A stretch of 64,000 nt of DNA from Thermodesulfobacteriota bacterium. Lineage in GTDB: Bacteria > Desulfobacterota_D > UBA1144 > Nemesobacterales > UBA2774. Each line of letters opens with the position of its first letter. Position 1 is the stretch's first letter. The stretch spans positions 800,001-864,000 of the forward strand of contig OZ244991.1 in NCBI GenBank assembly GCA_965223335.1, in the 5' to 3' direction. Position numbers and translations under genes: made by a program. The notes beneath the pieces are model-generated. The model was not told the origin of the DNA, ran no database searches, and saw only the letters and a program-made list of their open reading frames with translations. Positions 49,897-59,141 of this stretch are shown here, in pieces.

Positions 49897-50712
49897 CTAA
49901 ACGTTTGCAACCTTCTTCGACTCTTCTTCTTTGACTGTAAGGAAGAGTTCATGCGCCTGTTTGGGGTTGTTGTTTTCATGCACAATCGACCTAATGGCAC
50001 GGATGATTGCAACAGGGTGGTCGTTTTGCCAAATGTTACGACCCATATCCACACCCACTGCACCCTGCTCAATAGCACTATGGGTCATCTCAAACACATC
50101 CATCTCGGTCTCGAGCTTTGGCCCCCCTGCTATCACAATCGGCACAGGACAACTGGAAGTAACCTTCTCGAACTCCTCGCAATAATAAGTCTTCACTATG
50201 TGAGTGCCAAGCTCGGCACAGATCCTGCAGCATAGCGAGAGGTAACGCGCATCGCGTTTCTCAAGTTCCTTACCCACAGCCGTTATTCCTAGCACGGGGA
50301 TACCATACTCCTCACCTTTATTCACCAGTTCTGCCAAGTTAAGCAGTGTTTGACGCTCGTGCTCAGAGCCTATAAATACAGAGATACCCACTCCCGCGAC
50401 ATTTAACTTTATGGCATCGGTAAACGATGTTGTGAGTCCCTCATCAGAGAGGTCAGGGCCTACAATACTCACCCCTCCCGATACCCTAAGCACCACATTG
50501 GTGCGCGCCTCGGGGTCAACACAGTTGCGCAGCAGCCCGCGCGTAAGCATTATGGTATCCGCATAGGGGATCAAAGGCTCTATAGTCTCACGTGGAATCT
50601 CCAATCTGTGTGTGGGGCCCAGAAAATATCCGTGATCCAACGCCAGCATCACGGCCCTGCCCGTATCGGGATTAATTATTCTGGACATGCGGTTTTTCAT
50701 ACCCCAATCCAT
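49897..50712 (-). CDS. lsrF: LsrF-like thiolase / class I aldolase (DhnA family)
   Basis: MDWGMKNRMSRI, MLALDHGYFLGP, IVKTYY, PIVIAGGPK, GVDMGRNI. Confidence 0.88.
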   Translation of the reverse strand: MDWGMKNRMSRIINPDTGRAVMLALDHGYFLGPTHRLEIPRETIEPLIPYADTIMLTRGLLRNCVDPEARTNVVLRVSGGVSIVGPDLSDEGLTTSFTDAIKLNVAGVGISVFIGSEHERQTLLNLAELVNKGEEYGIPVLGITAVGKELEKRDARYLSLCCRICAELGTHIVKTYYCEEFEKVTSSCPVPIVIAGGPKLETEMDVFEMTHSAIEQGAVGVDMGRNIWQNDHPVAIIRAIRSIVHENNNPKQAHELFLTVKEEESKKVANV

Positions 50713-50748
50713 ATCGTAACACCTCGCATTTATTAAGATTATTCGTGA

Positions 50749-50777
50749 ACTTTAAAGTAACGTGACCGAAATGTCAA
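50749..50777 (-). promoter_or_regulatory. Sigma-70-type promoter of lsrF
   Basis: TTGACA-17 nt-TAAAGT. Confidence 0.45.
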
Positions 50778-51011
50778 TTATCCGCCCACTCACGCTATAT
50801 AGTAGCATATTTTCAACTCTACTATTTAAAATATTTACAAACCTCATACCGAACATTAAACTACATCTTGTATAGACCCTCCAATAGCCCTTAAACCCTA
50901 AAACACACAACAACAACTACAACCCAAGAAATTATACGCTATTGCGGTATATAATCCCGTTAATTTATTATATAATATGTGATACTGGGCAGTTAGACGC
51001 GACTCTGTTAT

Positions 51012-51025
51012 TACGCAATTGCGTA
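51012..51025. promoter_or_regulatory. Perfect 14-bp palindrome, candidate operator
   Basis: TACGCAATTGCGTA, just upstream of TTGACT (-35 box at 51034); degenerate copy TACGCTATTGCGGTA at 50935. Confidence 0.5.
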
Positions 51026-51068
51026 TTTAGTGCTTGACTTTCCCTTTTTCTGCAATACATTTAAAAAC

Positions 51069-51542
51069 ATGAAAGACTCTAAGCGGCAGGCTAAAAATAG
51101 GTACGAACAGGGTATGGAAAAGTTCTCTCAGATAAGGGGTAAGGAAACCGATGTTTCCATAAAACGGTTAGAGAGCCTAAGCCCGGATCTCGCTAAGTAC
51201 GCCATGGAGTTCCCGTTTGGCGATATCTATAGCAGACAGGGCCTCGACCTTAGATCACGAGAGATAGCCACTATGTCCTCGCTCATAACACAGGGGAACT
51301 TTCCCCAGCAGCTAAAAGTACATATACACTGTGCATTAAACGTCGGTGTTACCCGCCAGGAGATCATCGAGATCATACTCCAGATGTCGGTCTATGTGGG
51401 TTTCCCCTCGGCCATTAACGCTATGCAGATCGCAAAAGAGGTATTCGATGAGCTCGATAACGAGAAAAGAGTGCTTAGCAATTATAAAGACAGTAAGTCC
51501 GAGATAAAAGGGCTAATGAAACCCCAGTATAAAAAACAGTAG
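51069..51542 (+). CDS. Carboxymuconolactone decarboxylase (CMD/AhpD) family protein
   Basis: FPFGDIYSRQGLDLRSREIAT, QLKVHIHCALNVG, YVGFP. Confidence 0.9.
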   Translation: MKDSKRQAKNRYEQGMEKFSQIRGKETDVSIKRLESLSPDLAKYAMEFPFGDIYSRQGLDLRSREIATMSSLITQGNFPQQLKVHIHCALNVGVTRQEIIEIILQMSVYVGFPSAINAMQIAKEVFDELDNEKRVLSNYKDSKSEIKGLMKPQYKKQ

Positions 51543-51579
51543 AGTCAGAGACTACAAACCGATTTTTCAAATTCTGAAA

Positions 51580-52752
51580 TTAGAGGATCCCGTGGGCTTT
51601 CTTAAACGCGTCTAGAGCCCGGTCTATATGTTCCACCGTGTGTGTGGCCATCAGAGTGGCTCGTATACGGCACTTGCCCTCGGGTACAGAGGGTGGACGG
51701 ACCGCAGGGGTAAACACCCCCTGCTCACGCAGAATACTCGCAAACCGAAGCGTATCCTCGGCATTTCCTATCAACACAGGTATCACTGCCGAATCCGACG
51801 GAAGCACCGTAAGCCCGATCTTGTTTAACCCGGCCTTAAACCGATGGATTAACTCCCAAAGACGCCCTCTGCGCTCGGGCTCCCCCTCTATTATATCAAT
51901 AGCCGCGAGGGATGCAGCGAGTGACGCTGCCGGCAAAGAGGTATCAAATATATAGCTCCTCACGCGGTTGCGGATAAAATCAATTAGCTCCTTGGTGCCC
52001 GCAATATAGCCTCCTAACGAACCCGTGGCCTTTGAGAGTGTGCCCATCACAACATGCACCCTGTCCTCGACATCAAAGTGTTCGGTTGCCCCGCTTCCCC
52101 TCTTACCCAACACCCCGGTGGCATGGGCCTCATCCACCATGAGTATGCACTTATGCCCCTGTGCAATATCGGCAAGCTCCCCTAGATTGACCAGATCGCC
52201 GTCCATGCTAAATACCGTGTCCGTCACTATGAGCTTACGGCCGGGGTGATCCGTGTCGGATTGTAGCAACGTCGATAAATTGTTTAGATCCAGGTGCCGA
52301 TACACCTTTATCTCCGCACGCGCAAGCCTACACCCATCTATAATAGACGCATGGTTGAGCTCATCGCTGTAGACTATATCCCCCGGGCCTACGAGTGCGG
52401 ATATCGTTCCGATATTCGCCAAATAGCCCGAGCTGAAAAGGATTGCGGCCTCGGTGTTTTTAAACCCGGCGATTCGCGATTCGAGCTCCCTGTGAAGATC
52501 GGTGCTCCCGCTTACAAGGCGCGAGCCACCCGAGCCCGAGCCATATTTCTCAAGGGCCTCCTTTGCGCGGGTCACAACCTTGGGATCAGTCGAGAGCCCC
52601 AGGTAGCTGTTTGAAGAGAGTAGAATATACTCTCTCCCGTCTATAGTTATCGTAGGGGTTTGACCGGTCTCAAGCTCGCTAAGCACTCTAAAGAGTTGGT
52701 TCTCTCGGATTAGCTCAAGCTCTTGGGTAATCCAATCAAGGGGATCATGCAT
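51580..52752 (-). CDS. bioF: 8-amino-7-oxononanoate synthase
   Basis: SNSYLGL, GSGGSRLV, SGYLAN, NHASIIDG, FSMDGD, DEAH, GTLSKA, RPPSVP. Confidence 0.94.
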   Translation of the reverse strand: MHDPLDWITQELELIRENQLFRVLSELETGQTPTITIDGREYILLSSNSYLGLSTDPKVVTRAKEALEKYGSGSGGSRLVSGSTDLHRELESRIAGFKNTEAAILFSSGYLANIGTISALVGPGDIVYSDELNHASIIDGCRLARAEIKVYRHLDLNNLSTLLQSDTDHPGRKLIVTDTVFSMDGDLVNLGELADIAQGHKCILMVDEAHATGVLGKRGSGATEHFDVEDRVHVVMGTLSKATGSLGGYIAGTKELIDFIRNRVRSYIFDTSLPAASLAASLAAIDIIEGEPERRGRLWELIHRFKAGLNKIGLTVLPSDSAVIPVLIGNAEDTLRFASILREQGVFTPAVRPPSVPEGKCRIRATLMATHTVEHIDRALDAFKKAHGIL

Positions 52753-52798
52753 ATCTATTCTCGGTCGGCAAATAAATTAGAACCGATAAATCGTATTG

Positions 52799-54157
52799 TC
52801 ATACGGTTTCTGTGGCTTGCTTAATCGAGTCGTATGTTACGTGCAGAAGCTTCTTTAGGTCTTCCATGGGGATTCCTACTGGGGGCATCAGTACCACAAC
52901 ATTGCCTAGAGGCCGGATCAACACACCCCGCTCCATAGCAGCTTCAGCCACCCTCCACCCCATTTTCTGCGACAGGGGGTAGGGGTGTTTAGACTCCTTG
53001 TCCTCAACAAGCTCGATCCCTACCATAAACCCCTTATTACGCACATCCCCCACATGCTCAAGCCCTGAGAACTCCTTGAGCTCCTGCTCCAAATACTCTA
53101 TTTTCGGCCGCAGTTTATTAAGCGTATCGTTGTTTCTAAATGCCTCCAGGTTCCCAAGCCCAGCGGCACTAGCGATAGGGTTGCCCGCATAGCTGTGGCC
53201 ATGGAAAAAGGTTTTAAACTCGTCATAGTTTCCAAGAAACGTCTGGTAAATCTCCTCATTCGTAATAGTGGCTGAGAGCGGCAGGTACCCGCCCGTCATA
53301 CCCTTGCCCAGCACCATGATATCTGGTGTCACACCCTCATGCTCACACGCAAACATAGTCCCCGTCCTACCGAACCCGGTAGCAACCTCGTCCAGTATCA
53401 TAAGCACATCGTATTTGTCACAGTACTCCCGCACTTTTTCAAGATAGCCCGGGGGCGAAACTATCATCCCGCCCGCAGCCTGTACGTAGGGCTCGAATAT
53501 GACACCGGCGATTTGCTCCGCATGCTCAGAGAGTACTTTTTCTATCTCATCCGCACACCCAAGACCGCACTCCGGATAGGATTTATTAAGCGCACATCTG
53601 TAACAGTAGTAAGACGGGACTTTATATGTATCGAATAAAAGGGGTTTAAAGGTGTCATGAAAGATGTCTATCCCACCCACCGACACCGCGCCTAGAGTAT
53701 CCCCGTGGTAGCCATTCTCAAGACAGATGAATTTTATTTTTTTGTCTAGTCCCTTGTGCTGCCAGTACTGAAAGGTCATCTTGATCGCAACCTCCACAGC
53801 ACTGGCCCCGTCCCCGGAGTAAAAAACCTTCTTTAGTCCCTCGGGGCAGTTTTCTATAAGCTCTTTTGCAAGCTCCACTGCCGGGGGGTTCGTCACACCC
53901 AGCAAAGTGCTATGCCCGAGTCTATCCACCTGGGCTTTAATTGCGTTATCAATCTCGGGCACTTTGTGCCCATGAACGTTTACCCATAGGGACGATACAC
54001 CGTCAATGTACCTGTTGCCCTCGGTATCAATCAGGTAAGAGCCCTCCCCGCCCTCTATCACAAGGGGGTCGCGCTCCTCATACTCTTTCATCTGAGTAAA
54101 AGGGTGCCATATGTACTCTCTATCGAGTTTGCCTAGTTTCTTCGTACGATCCGTCAT
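52799..54157 (-). CDS. bioA: Adenosylmethionine-8-amino-7-oxononanoate aminotransferase
   Basis: IWHPFTQM, SSLWVNVHGH, YHGDT, DEVATGFGRTG, GKGMTGGYLP, FFHGHSY. Confidence 0.95.
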   Translation of the reverse strand: MTDRTKKLGKLDREYIWHPFTQMKEYEERDPLVIEGGEGSYLIDTEGNRYIDGVSSLWVNVHGHKVPEIDNAIKAQVDRLGHSTLLGVTNPPAVELAKELIENCPEGLKKVFYSGDGASAVEVAIKMTFQYWQHKGLDKKIKFICLENGYHGDTLGAVSVGGIDIFHDTFKPLLFDTYKVPSYYCYRCALNKSYPECGLGCADEIEKVLSEHAEQIAGVIFEPYVQAAGGMIVSPPGYLEKVREYCDKYDVLMILDEVATGFGRTGTMFACEHEGVTPDIMVLGKGMTGGYLPLSATITNEEIYQTFLGNYDEFKTFFHGHSYAGNPIASAAGLGNLEAFRNNDTLNKLRPKIEYLEQELKEFSGLEHVGDVRNKGFMVGIELVEDKESKHPYPLSQKMGWRVAEAAMERGVLIRPLGNVVVLMPPVGIPMEDLKKLLHVTYDSIKQATETV

Positions 54158-54226
54158 CGAGAATGAGAAGTATACTTTAAACCGAGCTTATTTTCATTGA
54201 GGGTAATAACTGTTGGGCGGGACCGA

Positions 54227-55219
54227 TCAGTTAACGTCAGTTCTTACGGGCATTTCCAAATCGTCTAGCATCTTGAGGTCTTCCTCGGGGCTGCGTCCAG
54301 GTGTGGTTAGATAATTGCCGAGTATCATGGCGTTTGCACCCGCCAAAAGTCCCATGGCCTGAAGGTCGCGCAGCGTTACCTCTCTGCCCCCGGCAGTCAT
54401 AAGGATTTTGTCGGGCAGTATCATGCGATATATTGAGATTGTTTTCACAGCCTCAAACGGGGTTATCATCTCCAGGTGTTCAAACGGTGTGCCGGGCCGG
54501 GGGTTTAAGAAGTTGATAGGCACCCAGCTGGGCTCAAGCTCCTTTAACTCAAATGCCAGCTCTATCCTCTGTCTTGTGGTCTCTCCCATCCCCAGAATCC
54601 CGCCGCTGCACAGGTTCATGTCGGCCTCTTTGACCAGTTGAGCGGTTTGCCATCTATCCTCATAGCTGTGTGTTGTGCAGACATTTGGGAAAAAACTTCT
54701 GCAAGCCTCTAGGTTATGGTTATAGCGCCACACCCCATGGTCCCTAAGCTCGAAAGCCTGCTCCCTATTTAGGTCCCCGAGCGAGCAACCCACCTTAAGG
54801 TCGGTCTCAGCTACAAGCAGGTCCACAGCCTCTAATACCTTTTTAAAAATCCTGGGCGTAGGCCCTTTAGCGCTAATTACGATACAGAAGTCCATGGCAC
54901 CCAAGCTCTTGGCGTGTTTAGCGGCATCTAGGATCTTTTCTGCATCCATAAGCGGGTGCGCTTGCACATTAGAATCAAAATGAACAGATTGAGAGCAGAA
55001 CGAACAGTCCTCGGGACAGTTACCGGTCTGGGCACTAATAATCGAACGCAAGAACACTCCGTCACCTTTATACTTCAAGGTAACCTTCCTAGCTAAAGCA
55101 ATCAGTTCCGGGAGAGAGGATTTTTCTAACTCCATTAACTCTAGAGCTTCGTCAAAGCTTATATCCTCATTCGAGTCCAGTAATTTTTCCGCAACCTGAT
55201 TTAATATACTAATAGCCAA
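54227..55219 (-). CDS. bioB: Biotin synthase
   Basis: CPEDCSFCSQS, YNHNLE, CSGGILGMGE, PINFL, AGGRE, GNYLTT; TTG start. Confidence 0.95.
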   Translation of the reverse strand: MAISILNQVAEKLLDSNEDISFDEALELMELEKSSLPELIALARKVTLKYKGDGVFLRSIISAQTGNCPEDCSFCSQSVHFDSNVQAHPLMDAEKILDAAKHAKSLGAMDFCIVISAKGPTPRIFKKVLEAVDLLVAETDLKVGCSLGDLNREQAFELRDHGVWRYNHNLEACRSFFPNVCTTHSYEDRWQTAQLVKEADMNLCSGGILGMGETTRQRIELAFELKELEPSWVPINFLNPRPGTPFEHLEMITPFEAVKTISIYRMILPDKILMTAGGREVTLRDLQAMGLLAGANAMILGNYLTTPGRSPEEDLKMLDDLEMPVRTDVN

Positions 55220-55757
55220 CTCCGAAATTCGTGATGAGAGATTTCTAATTTACAGTAAGATCCGTAATTGTCAATCTACCGTATAGATAGATACGATTCC
55301 TTATTATATGTTGTCCGATGCGACACCTCATATTAGATATTAAAGCTCAATTTTGTTGTTATTTGTACTCAACTCATGTAATCAGAATGTATGATAAAAA
55401 ATATTTTATGTCATGGCAATGGGGACAAAAGTTGCATTAATGATATTTCTTGAATAGTATTTAATAATATATAGTGACTTTATAGTCGTCGACATGGTCG
55501 GATCACAAAAACTTAGTTGCGATTTATTGTATGATTGGAGGCGGTTATAAAACTAACACATACGTTTGAATGCTTGAAAATAGATAAATAAATTCATAGG
55601 CTAAGTGCGAAAGTAATAAATATTCAAATTCAATATTTAGACGTCTTTGGCCTACAATGCTTCTTATTAGTTGTAATTTGTTATCATTTTTCTGATTTTA
55701 TGGTGTATAATTGAATATCTGACAAAAAAAACAAACACCGACAAGAGGAGAAACACA

Positions 55758-56318
55758 ATGGAGAATATAATGACTCTGGAGGAGGCTGCAAAATACCTAA
55801 AAATTGCAAAGCCCACACTATACAGATTATTGGAAGACGGAAAGATTCCCGCGTTCAAAGTAGGGAACCAGTGGCGCTTCACAAGGGATCTAATTAACCA
55901 GTGGCTCTGGAATCAGATTCCCAAAGAAAAGAGGGCTCTTGTCGTAGATGATGAAGAACTGATCTGTATGGATCTAAACAACATTATATTTTCTGAAGGC
56001 CACCGTGTAATATCGGTTAACACAGGCACAGAGGCCATTACACTGATCCAAGAAAACACCTTTGATCTGGTGTTTCTTGACCTCTCGCTAGACGACGTAA
56101 GCGGTGTAGATGTGCTAAAGAAAATCCGCGAGACCCAGCCCGATCTCCTTGTTGTTATCATCACCGGCTATCCCGACAGCGACCTTATGAACGAAGCGCT
56201 TGAGCTGGGGCCAATATCGGTGATTAAAAAACCATTCACCAAGAAACAGATCAGAAGTCTACTTAAATTATTGACAACCCCGGCATCGGGGGATAGTAAG
56301 GGAGTAAGTCAAATATGA
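55758..56318 (+). CDS. Response regulator with N-terminal excisionase-type HTH and C-terminal receiver domain
   Basis: MTLEEAAKYLKI..TLYRL...GKIPAFKVGNQWRF, then LVVDDE, FLDL, ITGY, KKPF. Confidence 0.88.
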   Translation: MENIMTLEEAAKYLKIAKPTLYRLLEDGKIPAFKVGNQWRFTRDLINQWLWNQIPKEKRALVVDDEELICMDLNNIIFSEGHRVISVNTGTEAITLIQENTFDLVFLDLSLDDVSGVDVLKKIRETQPDLLVVIITGYPDSDLMNEALELGPISVIKKPFTKKQIRSLLKLLTTPASGDSKGVSQI

Positions 56319-59131
56319 ATTCAGACGTAGTATCCGATAGTCCGCAAGAGTTGAGTTGCGGGGACCATGTTTGTTTCATTTTTGATTCGGATAAAGAACA
56401 GATTGAATTTCTAGCAGAATTTATTAAAGCGGGTCTGGAAAAAAACGAAAAGATAATCTATATATCAGCCTCAGAAGATTATAGCTCGATAATAAACCAA
56501 CTAAAAACCCAAGATCTAGACCTGGAGAGTCTGCTCTCGGCAAGTAAGTTCGAGATTTACAACACCAAGGAAACATATTTAAAGGACGATCAATTTTCTC
56601 CAGAAGATATGTGTGGGTTTATCAAAGAACAGACTGACCGCGCAATAGACGAAGGATTCCGAGCACTTAGGATCACAGGTGAGATGACTTGGACTCTTCA
56701 CGAGCCCGATGTAGCCGACAAGCTGATGGAGTATGAAGTCATGATAAATTCAGGGCTCTGCAATAACAACTGTGTAGCGCTCTGTCAATACGATAAACGT
56801 CTGTTCGATTCGTCAAAGCTGCTTGAGCTTATCTCGGCTCACCCAAAATCAGTAGTAGGTAACAATATATATAGTAATTTTGAACCTGGGGAACAAACGC
56901 TATTTATGGCAAACAAGGCTGCCACCAATGACACAAGCGAGAGCACAATGGATGTAAGCCACAATGGTGCTAAAGAAACACTAAGGCATGGGGAAGAGAG
57001 CTATAAGTGGTTGTATGAACATAACCCTTCGATGTATTTCACGCTCGATACCGATGGGATTGTGGTATCGGTAAATAAATTTGGTGCCGAGCAGCTCGGG
57101 TACGAATCCAACGAATTAATAGGGAAGTCTGTTTTCGATATTTTCCACCCTAAAGACAGAAAATTGGTCAAAGAAAAGGTCGTGAGTTTTTTGAACAACC
57201 CTGACGGGGTTGCCAATTGGGAATTTCGTAAAGTACGTAAGGACGGCAGGACCATATGGGTACACGAGAGAGTAAGGCTGCTCGAGGATGATAAGGGCAG
57301 AAAGTTATTGCTGGTTGTTTGCGACGACATATCAAAACAAAAACGGGACGAAAGGCTACTATCCAGCGAAAAAAGAGCCCTCGAATTAATCGCAAGCAAC
57401 CTCCATATCCACGAGATACTAAAGGGAATTTGTCTCGAAGTAGAAGCGCAGAGCGACAGCATGCTGTGCTCATTCCTTTTGTTAGACAAAGAAACTGAAA
57501 CACTACACACAGGAGCAGCCCCAAGCTTACCACCCGAATACACACAGGCCATAGAGGGTCTGCATATTGGTCCAGCAGTGGGCTCCTGCGGCACGGCCGC
57601 GTATAGAAACGAACCGGTCATTGTGTCTGATATTGCAACCGACCCACTTTGGAAAAACGGTAAAACCTTAGCACTCAAACACAATTTAAAAGCATGTTGG
57701 TCAACACCGATTAATGCCATAGACGGCAGTGTGCTTGGCACATTTGCGGTTTACTACAAAGAACCCAGACGACCGGAAGAAGAGGAATTAACTATAATCG
57801 AAAGGGCCACTTACCTCGCAAAAATTGCCATAGAACGCTCACAGTTCGACAAAGAGCTCGAGGCCAATCTATCTCTAATCACAAAGAAAAAAAGGTACGA
57901 AGAAACCGTTAGGATTGTCACACAGAGTGTGCACCGCTCAATTGAGCTCCAAGAGGTCATTGAAAACGCTGTGGACTCAATGCACAAAAACATAAGCGAA
58001 ATAAAATACGTAGCAATATATTTGGTCGAAGGCAGGCATGCGGTGGCCAAGTCGTATAGGGGGTTTCCGGACTGGTTTATAGAGCGTGCCGGCAGGATTC
58101 TCTACCCCATCGGTTATACGTGGAAGACCATAATCGAAGGGAAACCGAGATACTGTCCCGATGTAGACGAAGACAACGTAATAGGCCCGGCCGGTAGAGA
58201 GTTGGGCACTAAGAGCTACGCCTCTATGCCCATACAGTTCGGCGGCAAGACGATAGGGGCCATTATCATCAACTCGCTTAAGAAACATGCATTTGATCAA
58301 GACGACTTGAAACTGCTTGAGATTGTATCCAACCAGATCTCGGTAGCCGTGAACAACGCAAAGCAGGCAGAAGAACTGAAATTAGCCCGAGACGAACTGG
58401 ACCTAAGGGTAAACCAGCGCACAGCCGACCTCTTGAGGATTAACACCCTGCTTGAGCACGAGATCCACGACCGCAAGGTAGCCGAGGAACAGATAAAAAA
58501 ATCCTTGGACGAAAAAGATGTGTTGCTAAAAGAGATCCATCACAGGGTAAAGAATAACCTGCAGCTTATATCGAGCTTAATCAGCCTACAGTCCGAGTAC
58601 TTTCAGGATGAAAAAGCAGTGGAAATGATCGAGGAAAGCCAAAACCGTATAAGAACCCTTGCAATGATCCATGAACAGCTCTACCAATCACCCGACCTCG
58701 CCAGGATCGATATCGGTCTCTACATCCAGGAACTCACCGCTAACCTATTCAACTCATACCAGGTAGACCCCTCTCAAATAAACGCAGACGTAGACGTAAG
58801 CGGGGTACTGCTCGACATAAACAAAGCTATCCCATGTGGACTTATAATAAATGAGTTGGTCTCGAACTCACTTAAACACGCATTCCCCAACGGCAGACAG
58901 GGCAAGGTAATGGTCCGGCTCTTTACAAACAACAGTACCGAGGACTCAAGCGACGTACCGTATGATCTTGTTATCAGGGACGATGGTATAGGTTTCCCGG
59001 AAGAGATAGATTACAAGCACACCGACTCTCTCGGATTACAACTGGTCAACACACTCACCAAACAACTAAAGGGGAATATCGAGCTCGACACGAGCAACGG
59101 GACCGAATTTAGAATCACTTTTAGTAGTTAA
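56315..59131 (+). CDS. Soluble sensor histidine kinase MEDS-PAS-GAF-GAF-HisKA_2-HATPase
   Basis: GDHVCFIF/LRITGEMTW/LCQYD (MEDS), PAS, GSCGTAAY (GAF), EIHHRVKNNLQ, NELVSNSLKHAF, DDGIG, SLGL. Confidence 0.9.
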   Translation: MNSDVVSDSPQELSCGDHVCFIFDSDKEQIEFLAEFIKAGLEKNEKIIYISASEDYSSIINQLKTQDLDLESLLSASKFEIYNTKETYLKDDQFSPEDMCGFIKEQTDRAIDEGFRALRITGEMTWTLHEPDVADKLMEYEVMINSGLCNNNCVALCQYDKRLFDSSKLLELISAHPKSVVGNNIYSNFEPGEQTLFMANKAATNDTSESTMDVSHNGAKETLRHGEESYKWLYEHNPSMYFTLDTDGIVVSVNKFGAEQLGYESNELIGKSVFDIFHPKDRKLVKEKVVSFLNNPDGVANWEFRKVRKDGRTIWVHERVRLLEDDKGRKLLLVVCDDISKQKRDERLLSSEKRALELIASNLHIHEILKGICLEVEAQSDSMLCSFLLLDKETETLHTGAAPSLPPEYTQAIEGLHIGPAVGSCGTAAYRNEPVIVSDIATDPLWKNGKTLALKHNLKACWSTPINAIDGSVLGTFAVYYKEPRRPEEEELTIIERATYLAKIAIERSQFDKELEANLSLITKKKRYEETVRIVTQSVHRSIELQEVIENAVDSMHKNISEIKYVAIYLVEGRHAVAKSYRGFPDWFIERAGRILYPIGYTWKTIIEGKPRYCPDVDEDNVIGPAGRELGTKSYASMPIQFGGKTIGAIIINSLKKHAFDQDDLKLLEIVSNQISVAVNNAKQAEELKLARDELDLRVNQRTADLLRINTLLEHEIHDRKVAEEQIKKSLDEKDVLLKEIHHRVKNNLQLISSLISLQSEYFQDEKAVEMIEESQNRIRTLAMIHEQLYQSPDLARIDIGLYIQELTANLFNSYQVDPSQINADVDVSGVLLDINKAIPCGLIINELVSNSLKHAFPNGRQGKVMVRLFTNNSTEDSSDVPYDLVIRDDGIGFPEEIDYKHTDSLGLQLVNTLTKQLKGNIELDTSNGTEFRITFSS

Positions 59132-59141
59132 GTAATCTATA

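Noticed and set aside
55220..55300. BirA operator upstream of bioB
   Set aside because: The TTTACA and TGTCAA half-sites are in the wrong orientation for a TGTAAAC-N-GTTTACA site; they are better explained as a TTGACA/TAAATT promoter.
55758..55920. Excisionase indicating a prophage or integrative element
   Set aside because: The Xis-like HTH is fused to a receiver domain in a signalling operon; no integrase or phage genes are nearby.
57001..57741. Long antisense ORFs (this 246-aa one and many 60-190 aa shadows over thrC, leuS, gsp, polA and bio genes)
   Set aside because: They lie opposite or inside well-supported genes, are Ser-rich and lack recognisable motifs, as expected for shadow frames.
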